Shown here piece by piece: positions 1 to 8,792 of a stretch of 64,000 nucleotides of DNA. Position 1 is the stretch's first letter. Each line of letters opens with the position of its first letter. Origin of the DNA: Thermoanaerobaculia bacterium. GTDB lineage: Bacteria; Acidobacteriota; Thermoanaerobaculia; UBA5066; Gp7-AA6. Location: assembly GCA_035498835.1 (NCBI GenBank), contig DATJZU010000144.1, forward strand, positions 654 to 64,653, read 5' to 3'. The notes beneath the pieces are model-generated. The model made no database searches and was not told the DNA's origin. It saw nothing but the letters and a program-made list of their open reading frames with translations. The translations under genes were made by a program, and so were the position numbers.

Positions 1-225
1 GCGCGCCACGAGATCGCCGGCGGCGATGGTCTCGCCCTCGTCCGGCACGCGCGTGATGACGCGGCCGGCGCGCGAGAACGCGAGGTCCAGTGTCTGATCT
101 TCGGCGATCGCGAGGAGCCGCACCCGCACGCCACTGTCGTTTTCCTGGCGCACGAGGGCGCCATAACCCCAAGCGCCCGCCACGGCGACAGCAATCGCCA
201 CCCCGACCCAGGCCACCCTTCTCAT
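1..225 (-). CDS. Partial 5' end of an HlyD-family membrane-fusion (efflux adaptor) protein; the gene runs off the window start
   Basis: Minus-strand ORF with ATG at 223..225 translating to MRRVAWVGVAIAVAVAGAWGYGALVRQENDSGVRVRLLAIAEDQTLDLAFSRAGRVITRVPDEGETIAAGDLVAR. This shows a signal anchor followed by a beta-strand/lipoyl-like 'GxV..V..G..IAAGDLVARL' pattern typical of MFP N-termini. GC3 is high. The ORF is not in the supplied track because it is cut by the window edge. Confidence 0.4.
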   Translation of the reverse strand, partial: MRRVAWVGVAIAVAVAGAWGYGALVRQENDSGVRVRLLAIAEDQTLDLAFSRAGRVITRVPDEGETIAAGDLVAR

Positions 226-314
226 TGAAACCTTTCGCCGACCCTAGATCTTATCGCCAATCGGGCGCAAGGGCCCCCCCGGGGGGCGGGGGGACGCCGG
301 GTTAGACTGCCTCG

Positions 315-800
315 GTGGAAGGCCCCCTCGTCGGCATCATCATGGGCAGTAAGTCGGACTGGGAAACCATGCGGCATGCCTCGGAAACGCTGGTGCAGTT
401 CGGGATTTCCCACGAGTGCCGGATCGTCTCGGCCCACCGGACCCCGGGCTGGATGGCCGAGTACGCCTCGGCCGCGGCGGGCCGGGGTTTGGAGGTCCTG
501 CTGGCAGGGGCGGGAGGCGCCGCCCACCTGCCCGGCATGACCGCCGCCCACACGACGCTGCCCGTCCTGGGGGTGCCGGTCGAGAGCGCCGCCCTGAAAG
601 GCCTCGATTCGCTCCTGTCGATCGTGCAGATGCCGGGCGGCGTGCCCGTCGCGACCTTCGCCATCGGGAAGGCCGGCGCGATCAACGCGGCGCTCTTTGC
701 CGTGTCGATCCTGGCCGCCAAGCGGCCGGAGCTCGCACGCCGACTCGAGCAGTTCCGCGCGGAGCAGACGCAGCGGGTGATGGGAGAGACGGTTCCTTGA
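315..800 (+). CDS. purE: N5-carboxyaminoimidazole ribonucleotide mutase
   Basis: 161 aa protein carrying the PurE/AIR carboxylase hallmark sequences (GSKSDWETM..., [10 protein letters not shown]..., VLGVPV). Preceded by GGAAGG. Confidence 0.9.
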   Translation: MEGPLVGIIMGSKSDWETMRHASETLVQFGISHECRIVSAHRTPGWMAEYASAAAGRGLEVLLAGAGGAAHLPGMTAAHTTLPVLGVPVESAALKGLDSLLSIVQMPGGVPVATFAIGKAGAINAALFAVSILAAKRPELARRLEQFRAEQTQRVMGETVP

Positions 801-1939
801 CGCGGGCGGTGCTCCCGGGCGCCGTCGTGGGCGTGCTCGGGAGCGGACAGCTCGGGCGGATGTTCGCGATCGCCGCCCGGCGAATGGGCTATCGCGTCCA
901 CACCTACTCTCCCGACTACGACACGCCGACGGGACAGGTCGCCGACGTCGAGGTCGCCGCGCCGTACGAGGACCTCGCTCGCGTGCGTGAGTTCGCGCGC
1001 GCGGTGGACGTCGTCACCTTCGAGTTCGAGAACGTCCCGGCGGCTGCGGTCGAGGCCGCGGCGGAGTCCACGCCGGTGCGCCCCGGCGGCGCGATCCTCG
1101 CGACGACGCAACACCGGCTGCGCGAGAAGACGTTCCTCGCGCGCGCCGGATTCCCGGTCACGTCCTTCGCCGAGGTGCGCTCCCTGCCGGACCTTCAGAA
1201 AGCGCTCGCCGCGCTCGGATGTCCCGCGGTCCTCAAGGCCTCGACGATGAGTTATGACGGCAAAGGCCAGTCGCGCATCGACGACCCGTCGCAGGCGCCG
1301 GCCGCCTGGGCCGCGCTCGCGGGCCGCGAGGCGATCCTGGAAGGATTCGTGGATTTCGAGAAGGAGGCCTCCGTCGTCGTCGGGCGGTCGCTCGACGGAG
1401 CGCTCTCCGACTTCGGCCTCATCGAGAACACCCACGCACGGCACATCCTGGACTACTCGGTCGCCCCGGGCGACGCGGCGAGCCCTCTCGCGCGCGAGGC
1501 TGTCCGGCTCGCCGGCGCCGTGGCCGAGGCGCTCGATCTTGTGGGCGTGCTCTGCGTCGAGCTCTTCGTGACGGCGGACGGCAAGCTCCGGATCAACGAG
1601 CTCGCGCCGCGGCCCCACAACTCGGGCCACCTGACGGTGGACGCCTGCGTGACGAGCCAGTTCGAGCAGCAGCTGCGCGCCGTCTGCGGCCTGCCGCTCG
1701 GATCGACGCGGTATCTCTCGGCGGCCGCGATGGCGAATCTGCTCGGAGATCTCTGGGAGAAGGGCGAGCCGGACTGGCGGGCGGCCGCCGCGTTTCCGGA
1801 CGTCAAGATCCACCTCTACGGGAAGAGCGAGGCGCGCCCTCGGCGCAAGATGGGGCACCTGACGGCGCTGGCCGATTCGCCCGCCCGGGCGCTCGCGCGC
1901 GCGCTGGAGGCCCGCGAGGCGCTCACGCGGGCGCATTGA
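797..1939 (+). CDS. purK: N5-CAIR synthetase (ATP-grasp)
   Basis: A TTG at 797 overlaps the purE stop (TTGA). The translation [22 protein letters not shown]...PRPHNSGH... shows ATP-grasp PurK motifs throughout. The upstream part of the long ORF 416..1939 is out-of-frame overlap with purE and is rejected. Confidence 0.85.
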   Translation: MTRAVLPGAVVGVLGSGQLGRMFAIAARRMGYRVHTYSPDYDTPTGQVADVEVAAPYEDLARVREFARAVDVVTFEFENVPAAAVEAAAESTPVRPGGAILATTQHRLREKTFLARAGFPVTSFAEVRSLPDLQKALAALGCPAVLKASTMSYDGKGQSRIDDPSQAPAAWAALAGREAILEGFVDFEKEASVVVGRSLDGALSDFGLIENTHARHILDYSVAPGDAASPLAREAVRLAGAVAEALDLVGVLCVELFVTADGKLRINELAPRPHNSGHLTVDACVTSQFEQQLRAVCGLPLGSTRYLSAAAMANLLGDLWEKGEPDWRAAAAFPDVKIHLYGKSEARPRRKMGHLTALADSPARALARALEAREALTRAH

Positions 1940-2005
1940 AGCCGGGCGGGTCGAGATCGAGGCTTCCGCAGTCGATCCCCTTCCTGACCCGCCCGGAAGA
2001 GAGTT

Positions 2006-2767
2006 TCAAAGGCCTCGCGGCGAGGCGCGTTGCAGAATCCGATCGAGTCTGTCGAGCGCGATCTCAGCGGTATCCGTAATCGCCAGGTCCACCCGTTCCG
2101 ACGCATCCGTCGTCTCGGGGTTGATCTCCGCGACGAAGGCGCCGCGGCGGCGCGCTTCGCCCGCGAAGCCCGCCGCCGGATAGACGACCGCCGACGTCCC
2201 GACCACCAGGCAGACGTCGCAGTCGAGCGCCGCGAGCGCTCGCTCGAAGACCTCGGGATCGATCGGCTCGCCGAACCAGACGACGCCCGGCCGCAGCAGT
2301 CCGTTGCAGTGCTCGCAGCGCGGCGGCATCTCGGGGAAGGGCACGCGTGCGTCGCTCCAGCGCCGCGGCGCGCCGTCGCAGGCCGAGGCGCAGCCGACCT
2401 CCCAGAGCGAGCCGTGGAAGCGCACGACGTTCTCCGTCCCCGCGCGCTCGTGGAGTCCGTCCACGTTCTGCGTCACGAGCGTGAACCGCGGGAACCTCCG
2501 GCTCCATTCCGCGAGCACCTCGTGTGCGCGGTTGGGCCGCGCGCGCGCCACGAGCTCGCGCCGCCACGCGTACCACTCCCACACCGTCGCCGGATCGCGT
2601 GCGAAGGCCTCGGGCGTCGCGAGCTCCTCGGGGCGGAAATCCCGCCAGAGCCCGCCCGGCCCGCGAAAGGTCGGGATGCCGCTCGCCGCCGAGACGCCGG
2701 CGCCCGTGAGCACCGTCACGCGGCACGCGGTCCGGAGCCGCGCGGCGAGGACCCCGACGGCCTTCAT
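2006..2767 (-). CDS. cobB: NAD-dependent protein deacylase (Sir2/CobB family)
   Basis: 253 aa with GAGVSAASGIPTFRG, the zinc ribbon C..C..C..C (CASACDGAP...CEHC) and GTS..VYPAAG motifs. Convergent with purK. Confidence 0.85.
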   Translation of the reverse strand: MKAVGVLAARLRTACRVTVLTGAGVSAASGIPTFRGPGGLWRDFRPEELATPEAFARDPATVWEWYAWRRELVARARPNRAHEVLAEWSRRFPRFTLVTQNVDGLHERAGTENVVRFHGSLWEVGCASACDGAPRRWSDARVPFPEMPPRCEHCNGLLRPGVVWFGEPIDPEVFERALAALDCDVCLVVGTSAVVYPAAGFAGEARRRGAFVAEINPETTDASERVDLAITDTAEIALDRLDRILQRASPRGL

Positions 2768-2912
2768 ACCGTCACGAGGGCTCCGGCTCGCAGACGACGA
2801 GCTCGTCGCCCATCGGGACAGAGTCGGGCAGGGCGGAGGCGAGGCGGTCGCGCACCGATCGATTCTCTTCGAATTGACCGTGCGGCGGGCCGCGGAATAG
2901 TCTGCGCGGGAC

Positions 2913-3662
2913 TTGTTCGAGTACCAGACCCTGTTCGACGCCCGGGGCGACCTCTACAGCCGCGCCAATCGCCGCTATCCGGAGGCGCGCGCGGAAGAGG
3001 CGGCCGCCCTCCTGTCCCATCTCGCGCTCACTCCATCCTCCCGCTGGCTCGACGTCTCGGCGGGCGGCGGCTACCTCTCCGAGCGCGCCGTGGCGCAGGG
3101 GCTGCCCCCCGCCCGGGTCTCCTGCGACGAGTCGCTCCCTTTCCTTCGCTCCGGCACCCATTCCGGCCGCGTGGGAGCGGCGCGCGCGGCGGACCTCCCC
3201 TTCGCCGACGGGCGGTTCGACGGCGTGGCGTGTCTTGCGGCGCTCCACCATGCCGAGGATCCGGAGGCGGTGTTCCGCGAGCTTCTGCGCGTGACGGCGC
3301 CCGGCGGGCGCGCGGCGCTCGGCGACGTGGCGGAGGACTCCGAGGCGGCGCGTTTCCTCAACGGTTTCGTGGACCGCCACACGGCGCCGGGGCATCACGG
3401 GCGTTTCTACACTCTCCGGACCCTCGTGGGCTTCCTGCGGCGCGCCGGGGGAATCTCGATCCACGCCGAAAGCGTCCGCCTCTCGTGGACCTTCGACTCC
3501 CCCGACGACGCGACGCTCTTCTGCCGCGATCTCTTCGGCCTCGAGCGGTCCACGACCGACGGCGAGATCCGCTACGCGCTCGACGATCTCGGCGCGACCG
3601 GCGGCGCCGGCCGCTTCCACATCCCCTGGACGATGCTGCAGGTCTCGGCCGCGCGCGCGTGA
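2913..3662 (+). CDS. Class I SAM-dependent methyltransferase
   Basis: 249 aa. Motif I LDVSAGGGYLS and motif post-I/II (FDGVACLAALHH, APGGRAALGDV) are typical of Methyltransf_11/25. First gene of a 4-gene coupled operon. Confidence 0.75.
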   Translation: MFEYQTLFDARGDLYSRANRRYPEARAEEAAALLSHLALTPSSRWLDVSAGGGYLSERAVAQGLPPARVSCDESLPFLRSGTHSGRVGAARAADLPFADGRFDGVACLAALHHAEDPEAVFRELLRVTAPGGRAALGDVAEDSEAARFLNGFVDRHTAPGHHGRFYTLRTLVGFLRRAGGISIHAESVRLSWTFDSPDDATLFCRDLFGLERSTTDGEIRYALDDLGATGGAGRFHIPWTMLQVSAARA

Positions 3663-4441
3663 GGCCCGCCGATCTCATCCCGCGATTCCTGCTGCCGCCC
3701 GTGTCGGCGCTGGTGGGCGAGTCGGGTGGTCCGCCGGACATCGAGGAGGAGACGGGAATCTCGCGTGCGGCGTGGGTCGAGCTCGGACGCGCCTTTCCGC
3801 GCCTCGGCGCCGACCCGGGACCCGAGGCCGCCCGCGCGCGGCGCCGGTTCGGCTTCCTCATCGGGCGCGCGCTCGACAGCGAGCGCCATGGGCCGGTCTT
3901 CCCGAGGGGCAGGCCCGATCCCGCGCCGCACGTCTACGCGACCGCGCACGTGGGCGACCTGCGGAGCCTGCGGTATCTGATGCGGCGGCACGTCCCGCTC
4001 GCCAACATCGTCAATGCCTCCGACGCGGACCGCGTCCACATCCTCGAACGGGACCGGCTCGTCGACGCCGAGTCGCCGCACGCTTTCCCGCACGCTTTTC
4101 ACTTCCGACAGCCGCACCGCCTGCGCGCGGCCCTGCGGCGCGGGAGTCTCCTCGCGGCGGTGGACATGCCCGAGGAAGAGGGGACGGAGTTCTCGTGCCT
4201 CGGCGGCCGCATCCGGCTCGATGCCCGCCCGTTCCGTCTCGCGCGGATCGCCGGGGTGCCGTGCCGCGCCATTTTCCTGACGGCGCCGCGCGGCCGCCTC
4301 ACGATCTCGATCGGCCCGGTGCTGCCGCGCGAGGAAGGCACCGCGCTCGCGAAGTTTGCACGCGCCCTCGAGCGCGCCGTGGACCGCTGTCCCTACGACA
4401 TCGACGCCGCGACCTGGTGGAGCCGGATCGGCCGCGCATGA
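3659..4441 (+). CDS. Hypothetical protein (no recognisable motifs), translationally coupled between the methyltransferase and the AMP-ligase
   Basis: A GTG at 3659 overlaps the methyltransferase stop (GTGA). GC3 is very high and the frame is maintained for 260 codons to a TGA that overlaps the next ATG (ATGA at 4438..4441). The upstream 1.6 kb of ORF 2030..4441 is an arginine-rich antisense artefact. Confidence 0.5.
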   Translation: MRPADLIPRFLLPPVSALVGESGGPPDIEEETGISRAAWVELGRAFPRLGADPGPEAARARRRFGFLIGRALDSERHGPVFPRGRPDPAPHVYATAHVGDLRSLRYLMRRHVPLANIVNASDADRVHILERDRLVDAESPHAFPHAFHFRQPHRLRAALRRGSLLAAVDMPEEEGTEFSCLGGRIRLDARPFRLARIAGVPCRAIFLTAPRGRLTISIGPVLPREEGTALAKFARALERAVDRCPYDIDAATWWSRIGRA

Positions 4442-5739
4442 GCCTCTTCGAGGCTTTCGCCGAGGCCGCGCGCCGGCAGCCGCGACGGGCCGCCCTGCGG
4501 CGGGGCGACGAAGCGCTCGATCTCGGGCAGCTCCTCGCGCGGGTCGAGGCCAGCGCCGATGCGCTCTCCGGCGGCGACGGCCCGGTCGGGCTCGACGCCG
4601 CCGATCCGTTCGCGCTCGCCGAAGGATTCTTCGCGGCGAGGCGTGCCGGCCGGACGGCCGTGGTCCACGCCGCGGGCGTCCCGCCTCGGCTCCGCCGCGA
4701 GCGCGAGGAGCGCCTGCGCGCTTTGCTCCCGGCGCGATCCGACGAGACGGTCTTCTTCTCCTCCGGCAGCGTGTCGCGCGGCAAGGCCATCCCGCTCTCC
4801 GGCGACCGGATCCTGTACTCGGCGCTGGCCTACCCCGAGCGCGTGGGCCTTCGCCCGGAAGACCGCGTCGCCGTGGCCGTTCCGCTCGGACAGATCTTCG
4901 GCTTCGTGCGCGGGATCGTGAACTCGCTCCTCGTGGGCGCCGAGGCGATCTTCTTTGCGCCGCGACGCGACGCGCTCGCCGAGGCCGACGCTCGGGGCGC
5001 CTCCTTCGCATTGTTGTCGCCCGCGCACCTCGCCCTCTCGGCGCACTCCCACGGCAGGCTCCGGTTGCGCGGGGCGCTCACGGCGGGCGGACCGCTGGCG
5101 GAGGCGGCCGCCGCGCGCATCGAGAACGAGCGCGGAGTCCCGGTCCGTTTCGGCTATGGACTGACGGAGACGACGGCCCTCGGCTCCCGGCAGCACTTCG
5201 ACCGGCCTCGCCGATCGGGCAGCTCCGGTCCTCCGGCGCCCGGCCTCGCGTTCACGATCGCCGACGCCGGGGGCGACCCCGTCGCGCCGGGAGAGAGCGG
5301 CGAGATCCGCATCGCGGGCCGGTCGGTCTTCCGCGGCTACGCCGACCCGGCCGACGCGTCGCCGCTCGACGCGGCCGGCCGGCTGCGCACCGGAGACCTC
5401 GGGTACCTCGACGAGGTGGGCGAAGTCCACGTGCGCGGGCGGATTTCCGAGAGCATCCGGGCGCACGGACGATTCCTGTGCGCGGAAGAAGTCGAGGAGG
5501 CGGTGCTCGAGAAGGCGGGCGTGCGGGAGGCGGCGGCCGTGCCGCTCGGCGATTCCTTCGGTCTCCTGCTCGCGACGGACGACGCCTCCGAACGATTCCT
5601 CGAAGAGGTGCGGACGCACGTGTCGGAACGGCTGCCGCTCTTTGCGCGTCCGCGGCGCCTGCGCCGCGCCGAGACGATCCCGCGAACGCCGGCCGGCAAG
5701 CTCGATCGCCGGGCCGCCGCGAAATGGTTCGAGAGCTAG
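4438..5739 (+). CDS. AMP-dependent synthetase/ligase (adenylate-forming acyl-CoA ligase-like)
   Basis: 433 aa MSLFEAF... with the AMP-binding core (FFSSGSVSRGKAIPLSGD = the (S/T)SG(S/T)TGxPK-like P-loop variant, GYGLTETT, GEIRIAGRSVFRGY, TGDLGYLD, and the C-terminal PRTPAGKLDR lysine motif). Confidence 0.8.
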   Translation: MSLFEAFAEAARRQPRRAALRRGDEALDLGQLLARVEASADALSGGDGPVGLDAADPFALAEGFFAARRAGRTAVVHAAGVPPRLRREREERLRALLPARSDETVFFSSGSVSRGKAIPLSGDRILYSALAYPERVGLRPEDRVAVAVPLGQIFGFVRGIVNSLLVGAEAIFFAPRRDALAEADARGASFALLSPAHLALSAHSHGRLRLRGALTAGGPLAEAAAARIENERGVPVRFGYGLTETTALGSRQHFDRPRRSGSSGPPAPGLAFTIADAGGDPVAPGESGEIRIAGRSVFRGYADPADASPLDAAGRLRTGDLGYLDEVGEVHVRGRISESIRAHGRFLCAEEVEEAVLEKAGVREAAAVPLGDSFGLLLATDDASERFLEEVRTHVSERLPLFARPRRLRRAETIPRTPAGKLDRRAAAKWFES

Positions 5740-6866
5740 ACGCGAGCGTCCGGGCGGCGGCCGCACGGGCGGCGCGGCGCCGCGAGACGCCCTTCTATCT
5801 CTTCGACGCCCGCGAGCTCGAGCGGCAGATCCGGGAGTGGCGGACGGCGGCGCCCGGCCGGGTCTTCTATCCGTACAAATGCAATCGGGAGCCGCGCATC
5901 GTCCGCGCCGCGGCGCGCGCGGGCCTCGGCGCCGAGGTCACGACGCTCGCGGACTTCCGCCTCGCGCGGCGGCTCGGCCTTTCGGGCGCGCGGATCCTCG
6001 TCCAGGGCCCGGCCAAGACCGCGGCGCTCCTCGACGCCGGCCTCGCCGCCGGCGCGCTCTTCGTCGTCGATGGGAGAGAGGACGGAGACGCGCTCCTCGA
6101 GCGGGCCCGCGCGCTCCGGCGCGCCCCCCGCTATCTGCTGCGCCTCGCGCCGCGGTCCGTTTCGCGCGAGCAGACGGCCTTCGGCTTGCCGGCGCCGGCC
6201 TTCGGAAGCCTCGCCCGCGAGCTCGCGCGGCGCGGCGAGCCCGCCGCCGAAGGTCTGGCGTTCCATCTCGGGACCGGCCTTTCGTCCCCGGCGCCCTACC
6301 TCGAGGCGCTCGGCGAGGCGGCGGCCGTCGCAAAGAGGCTGGCCGGCATCGGCCGGCCCGTCGCGACGATCGACGTCGGCGGAGGATTCGCGGCACGGCT
6401 CGAGTCGCGCGGAAAGGAGCCGCCGCCTCCGGGGCCGCGGGCGGCCGAGTTCGTCTCGGCGCTGTCGCGCGCCGCGCGGCGACTCGGACTCGAGAACATC
6501 CGGCTCCTGTTCGAGCCCGGCCGCGCGATCGCGTCCGGCGCGTACCATCTCGTCGCGCGCGTCGTGCGCATGCGGGAGGGCCGGAAGCCGGCGGTCTATC
6601 TCGACGCGTCGTGCCTCTCGCACGCGCCGTTTGTCCCGCTCGGCCGCCATCCGATCGCGGTTCTGCCGCGGCGGCGGCGGCCCGCCCGCCGGAGAACCGT
6701 GGTCCTCGCCGGCCCACTCGGCGTCACCTCGGACGTCTTCGCGCCGGCGGCGCGGCTGCCGCCCCTCGCACCGGGAGATCTCGTCGTCATCGGCTCGGTC
6801 GGCGCCTACAACGGAAATGCGGCGAACGCGTGGGCGGCGCCGGTTCCGGAGGTCGTCGGGGACTGA
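5724..6866 (+). CDS. PLP-dependent decarboxylase of the Orn/DAP/Arg decarboxylase (alanine-racemase-like TIM barrel) family
   Basis: ATG at 5724 overlaps the ligase end by 16 nt. The translation FYPYKCNREPRIVRAAARAGLGAEV (PLP-lysine region YxxKCN), HLGTG, EPGRAIASGA and the C-terminal beta-sandwich GAYNGNAANAW are DapDC/ODC-fold hallmarks. Confidence 0.75.
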   Translation: MVRELDASVRAAAARAARRRETPFYLFDARELERQIREWRTAAPGRVFYPYKCNREPRIVRAAARAGLGAEVTTLADFRLARRLGLSGARILVQGPAKTAALLDAGLAAGALFVVDGREDGDALLERARALRRAPRYLLRLAPRSVSREQTAFGLPAPAFGSLARELARRGEPAAEGLAFHLGTGLSSPAPYLEALGEAAAVAKRLAGIGRPVATIDVGGGFAARLESRGKEPPPPGPRAAEFVSALSRAARRLGLENIRLLFEPGRAIASGAYHLVARVVRMREGRKPAVYLDASCLSHAPFVPLGRHPIAVLPRRRRPARRRTVVLAGPLGVTSDVFAPAARLPPLAPGDLVVIGSVGAYNGNAANAWAAPVPEVVGD

Positions 6867-6881
6867 CCGGCGGGCCTCCCT

Positions 6882-8771
6882 TCACGGCCGCACGTCGAAC
6901 GTCACGGTGTTCGACACGCTTCCGTCGGGATTCTCGACCCGGAGCGCGAGCGCGCCGGGCTTCGCGTAGAGCGCGTCCGGCACGATCACGGTGAGCCAGC
7001 CGCGATTGCCGTAGGTCGCCGGAAGCCGCGTCGCGCCGAGGGAAACGACGGCGCCGGGCCGGAATCCCGCGCCGTGGATGGACAACGCGGATTCTCCCGA
7101 CGGCTGCGCCTGAAACGCGACGCCGGCGCGGGTTCCGGGCGGCGCGATCTCGTCGACGCGCAGGACGTCTTCGGCGCAGAGCTCGGCGGAGACGTCCAGG
7201 CCGTCGAGGACGACGCGGCTGGGCGCGAGGCCGGCTCCGGCGGCGTATGCCTCGATCTTCGCGCGGCGCCCCTCGGGCGGAAGCACGATGAAGCCGGGCT
7301 GCGCGGCCTCGCTCGTCTCCTGAAGAGATCCGAACACCGTCTCACAGGCGGCGTTCGGCCATGACCGGGCGAGGTCGCGGTAGACGTCGGGGTTGCTGAA
7401 CCAGAAGAACCACCAGTTGCGGTGGGCCACGACCTCGAAGCGCCTCCCGGCTTTCTCGACCGCGTACCGCTCGACGCGCGGATCTCCCGGGGCTCGCCCC
7501 TCGAAGCGCCAGTCCGCGTCGTGGAAGCCGGAGAAAACGCCGATCAGGTGAAAGACGTCCACGTGGACGACGCGTGCATTCGGAAACTGCCGGTCGAACG
7601 CCGCGAGCTTCGGAAGGAAGCTCTCGGGCTCCCGCGGATCTCGGGCCGGCACGCGGACCGCGAACGCGAACGCCACGGCGCCCGCGGCGGCCGCGAACGT
7701 CACGGCGCGCGCGGGACGGCTTCGGAGCCGTCCAAGGAGCCCGTCGAGCGCGACGAACGCGGCGAGAAGGGCGAAGACGTAGATCAGGAACTGATGCCGC
7801 ATCGCGCCGCCGAAGGGATAGAGGCGGAGCGTCCCGAGGACCGACCCGGCGAGGACGAGCACGAGGGAGAAGAGGGCCGGCAGCAGGCGGCGCGGATCCT
7901 TCGGCCCTCCGTCGGCGACGAGCGCGAAGGCGAGCGCGAGCGCGAAAAAGACCGCCAGGCCGGCCAGCGCCCATCGCGCGCGCGGCGCCGCGAGCGGCGA
8001 GAGCAGATCGAAGGTATTGCGGAAGTTCCGGACGAGGAAGTGCGCCACCGCCTCGTATCGCCCGTCGAAATAGAAAAAGGGGAGGCCCTTCGACGTGCCG
8101 ACCCAGTGCCGCGCCAGGAGCTCGTAGAGCAGGAGGGCGAGCCCGGCGAGCGGGACGAACGTCGCGGCGATCGCCCTCCACCGCGTCGACAGCGCGCGCC
8201 GAATGTCGCGGCGGTATGACGGAACGATCGCCGCCGCGAGCAGAGGCGCGGCGACGCACGCGCCGAGATAGAGGCCGGCGAAGTAGTGAGCGAGCAGCGC
8301 CAGCCCGGCGAGAACCGCGAACGCGATCCGGCTCCGGAGCGCCGGAGACGGCCCCGGGGCGACGAGGTCGAGAAAGAAGAAAAAGCTGCCGAGGAGGAGC
8401 GCGACGGCGAGCGCGTAGGACTCGACCGTGAGCGACAGGTCGATCGGGCTGCCCGCGAACGCCATCGCGGCCGCACCGAGGAGCGCCACCTCTTCCCGCG
8501 CGCCGAGCTTCTCGAGGATCCGGCCGACCAGATAGACGGACACCGCGCCCGCCACGATCGAGATCGACCGATAGACGAGCGGCGTGTGGCCGAGGATCTG
8601 GACCGCCTTCAGGAGAACCGAATAGAGCGGCGGATGCGCCAGGGTCCGCCATTCCCGCGAGAGATTCCGCGCGATGAAGACGTGCCAGAAGCCGTTGAAG
8701 TCGATCGGGCGGCGGGCGCCGTCGACGAGCCGCGGTACCAGCGAAAGAAGCGCGACGGCACCGAGCAAAGC
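6882..8771 (-). CDS. Polytopic GT-C-like (ArnT/PMT-type) membrane glycosyltransferase-like protein with C-terminal IPT/TIG domain
   Basis: It has about 10 predicted TM helices and a C-terminal 70-aa IPT/TIG-like beta-sandwich (SIHGAGFRPGAVVSLGATRLPATYGNRGWLTVIVPDALYAKPGALALRVENPDGSVSNTVTFDV). The supplied ORF extends to 9074 but would overlap the divergent gene at 8793. The start is therefore placed at TTG 8771 (LLGAVALLSLVP...) and remains uncertain. Confidence 0.55.
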   Translation of the reverse strand, partial: ALLGAVALLSLVPRLVDGARRPIDFNGFWHVFIARNLSREWRTLAHPPLYSVLLKAVQILGHTPLVYRSISIVAGAVSVYLVGRILEKLGAREEVALLGAAAMAFAGSPIDLSLTVESYALAVALLLGSFFFFLDLVAPGPSPALRSRIAFAVLAGLALLAHYFAGLYLGACVAAPLLAAAIVPSYRRDIRRALSTRWRAIAATFVPLAGLALLLYELLARHWVGTSKGLPFFYFDGRYEAVAHFLVRNFRNTFDLLSPLAAPRARWALAGLAVFFALALAFALVADGGPKDPRRLLPALFSLVLVLAGSVLGTLRLYPFGGAMRHQFLIYVFALLAAFVALDGLLGRLRSRPARAVTFAAAAGAVAFAFAVRVPARDPREPESFLPKLAAFDRQFPNARVVHVDVFHLIGVFSGFHDADWRFEGRAPGDPRVERYAVEKAGRRFEVVAHRNWWFFWFSNPDVYRDLARSWPNAACETVFGSLQETSEAAQPGFIVLPPEGRRAKIEAYAAGAGLAPSRVVLDGLDVSAELCAEDVLRVDEIAPPGTRAGVAFQAQPSGESALSIHGAGFRPGAVVSLGATRLPATYGNRGWLTVIVPDALYAKPGALALRVENPDGSVSNTVTFDVRP

Positions 8772-8792
8772 CCGGTAAGCTCTCCGGCCAGC

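Noticed and set aside
270-295. G/C homopolymer tract GGGCCCCCCGGGGGGCGGGGGGAC upstream of purE
   Set aside because: Probably just a GC-rich leader. A G-quadruplex or slippage role is speculative and has no support.
302-1936. 544-aa minus-strand ORF antisense to purE/purK. Also similar long arginine/glycine-rich ORFs at 2030..4441+, 3572..5011-, 4393..5766-, 5642..6994+, 7342..8652-, 9008..11620+, 9117..11612-, 13906..17610-, 17345..18478 (N-part), 19827..21452+, 21749..23320+, 23028..24308+, 29039..30268-, 30168..33632-, 30308..34231+, 33852..35483+, 35392..37437 (as a single ORF), 37189..38937+, 40454..46381+, 48025..49440+, 51016..52704+, 52752..54296+, 59212..60402-, 59958..61781-, 61890..62975+.
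   Set aside because: Their composition is dominated by R/G/P/A with no domain motifs. They lie antisense or out-of-frame to genes with clear family signatures. This is expected from the roughly 90% GC3 of the true frames in a 70% GC genome.
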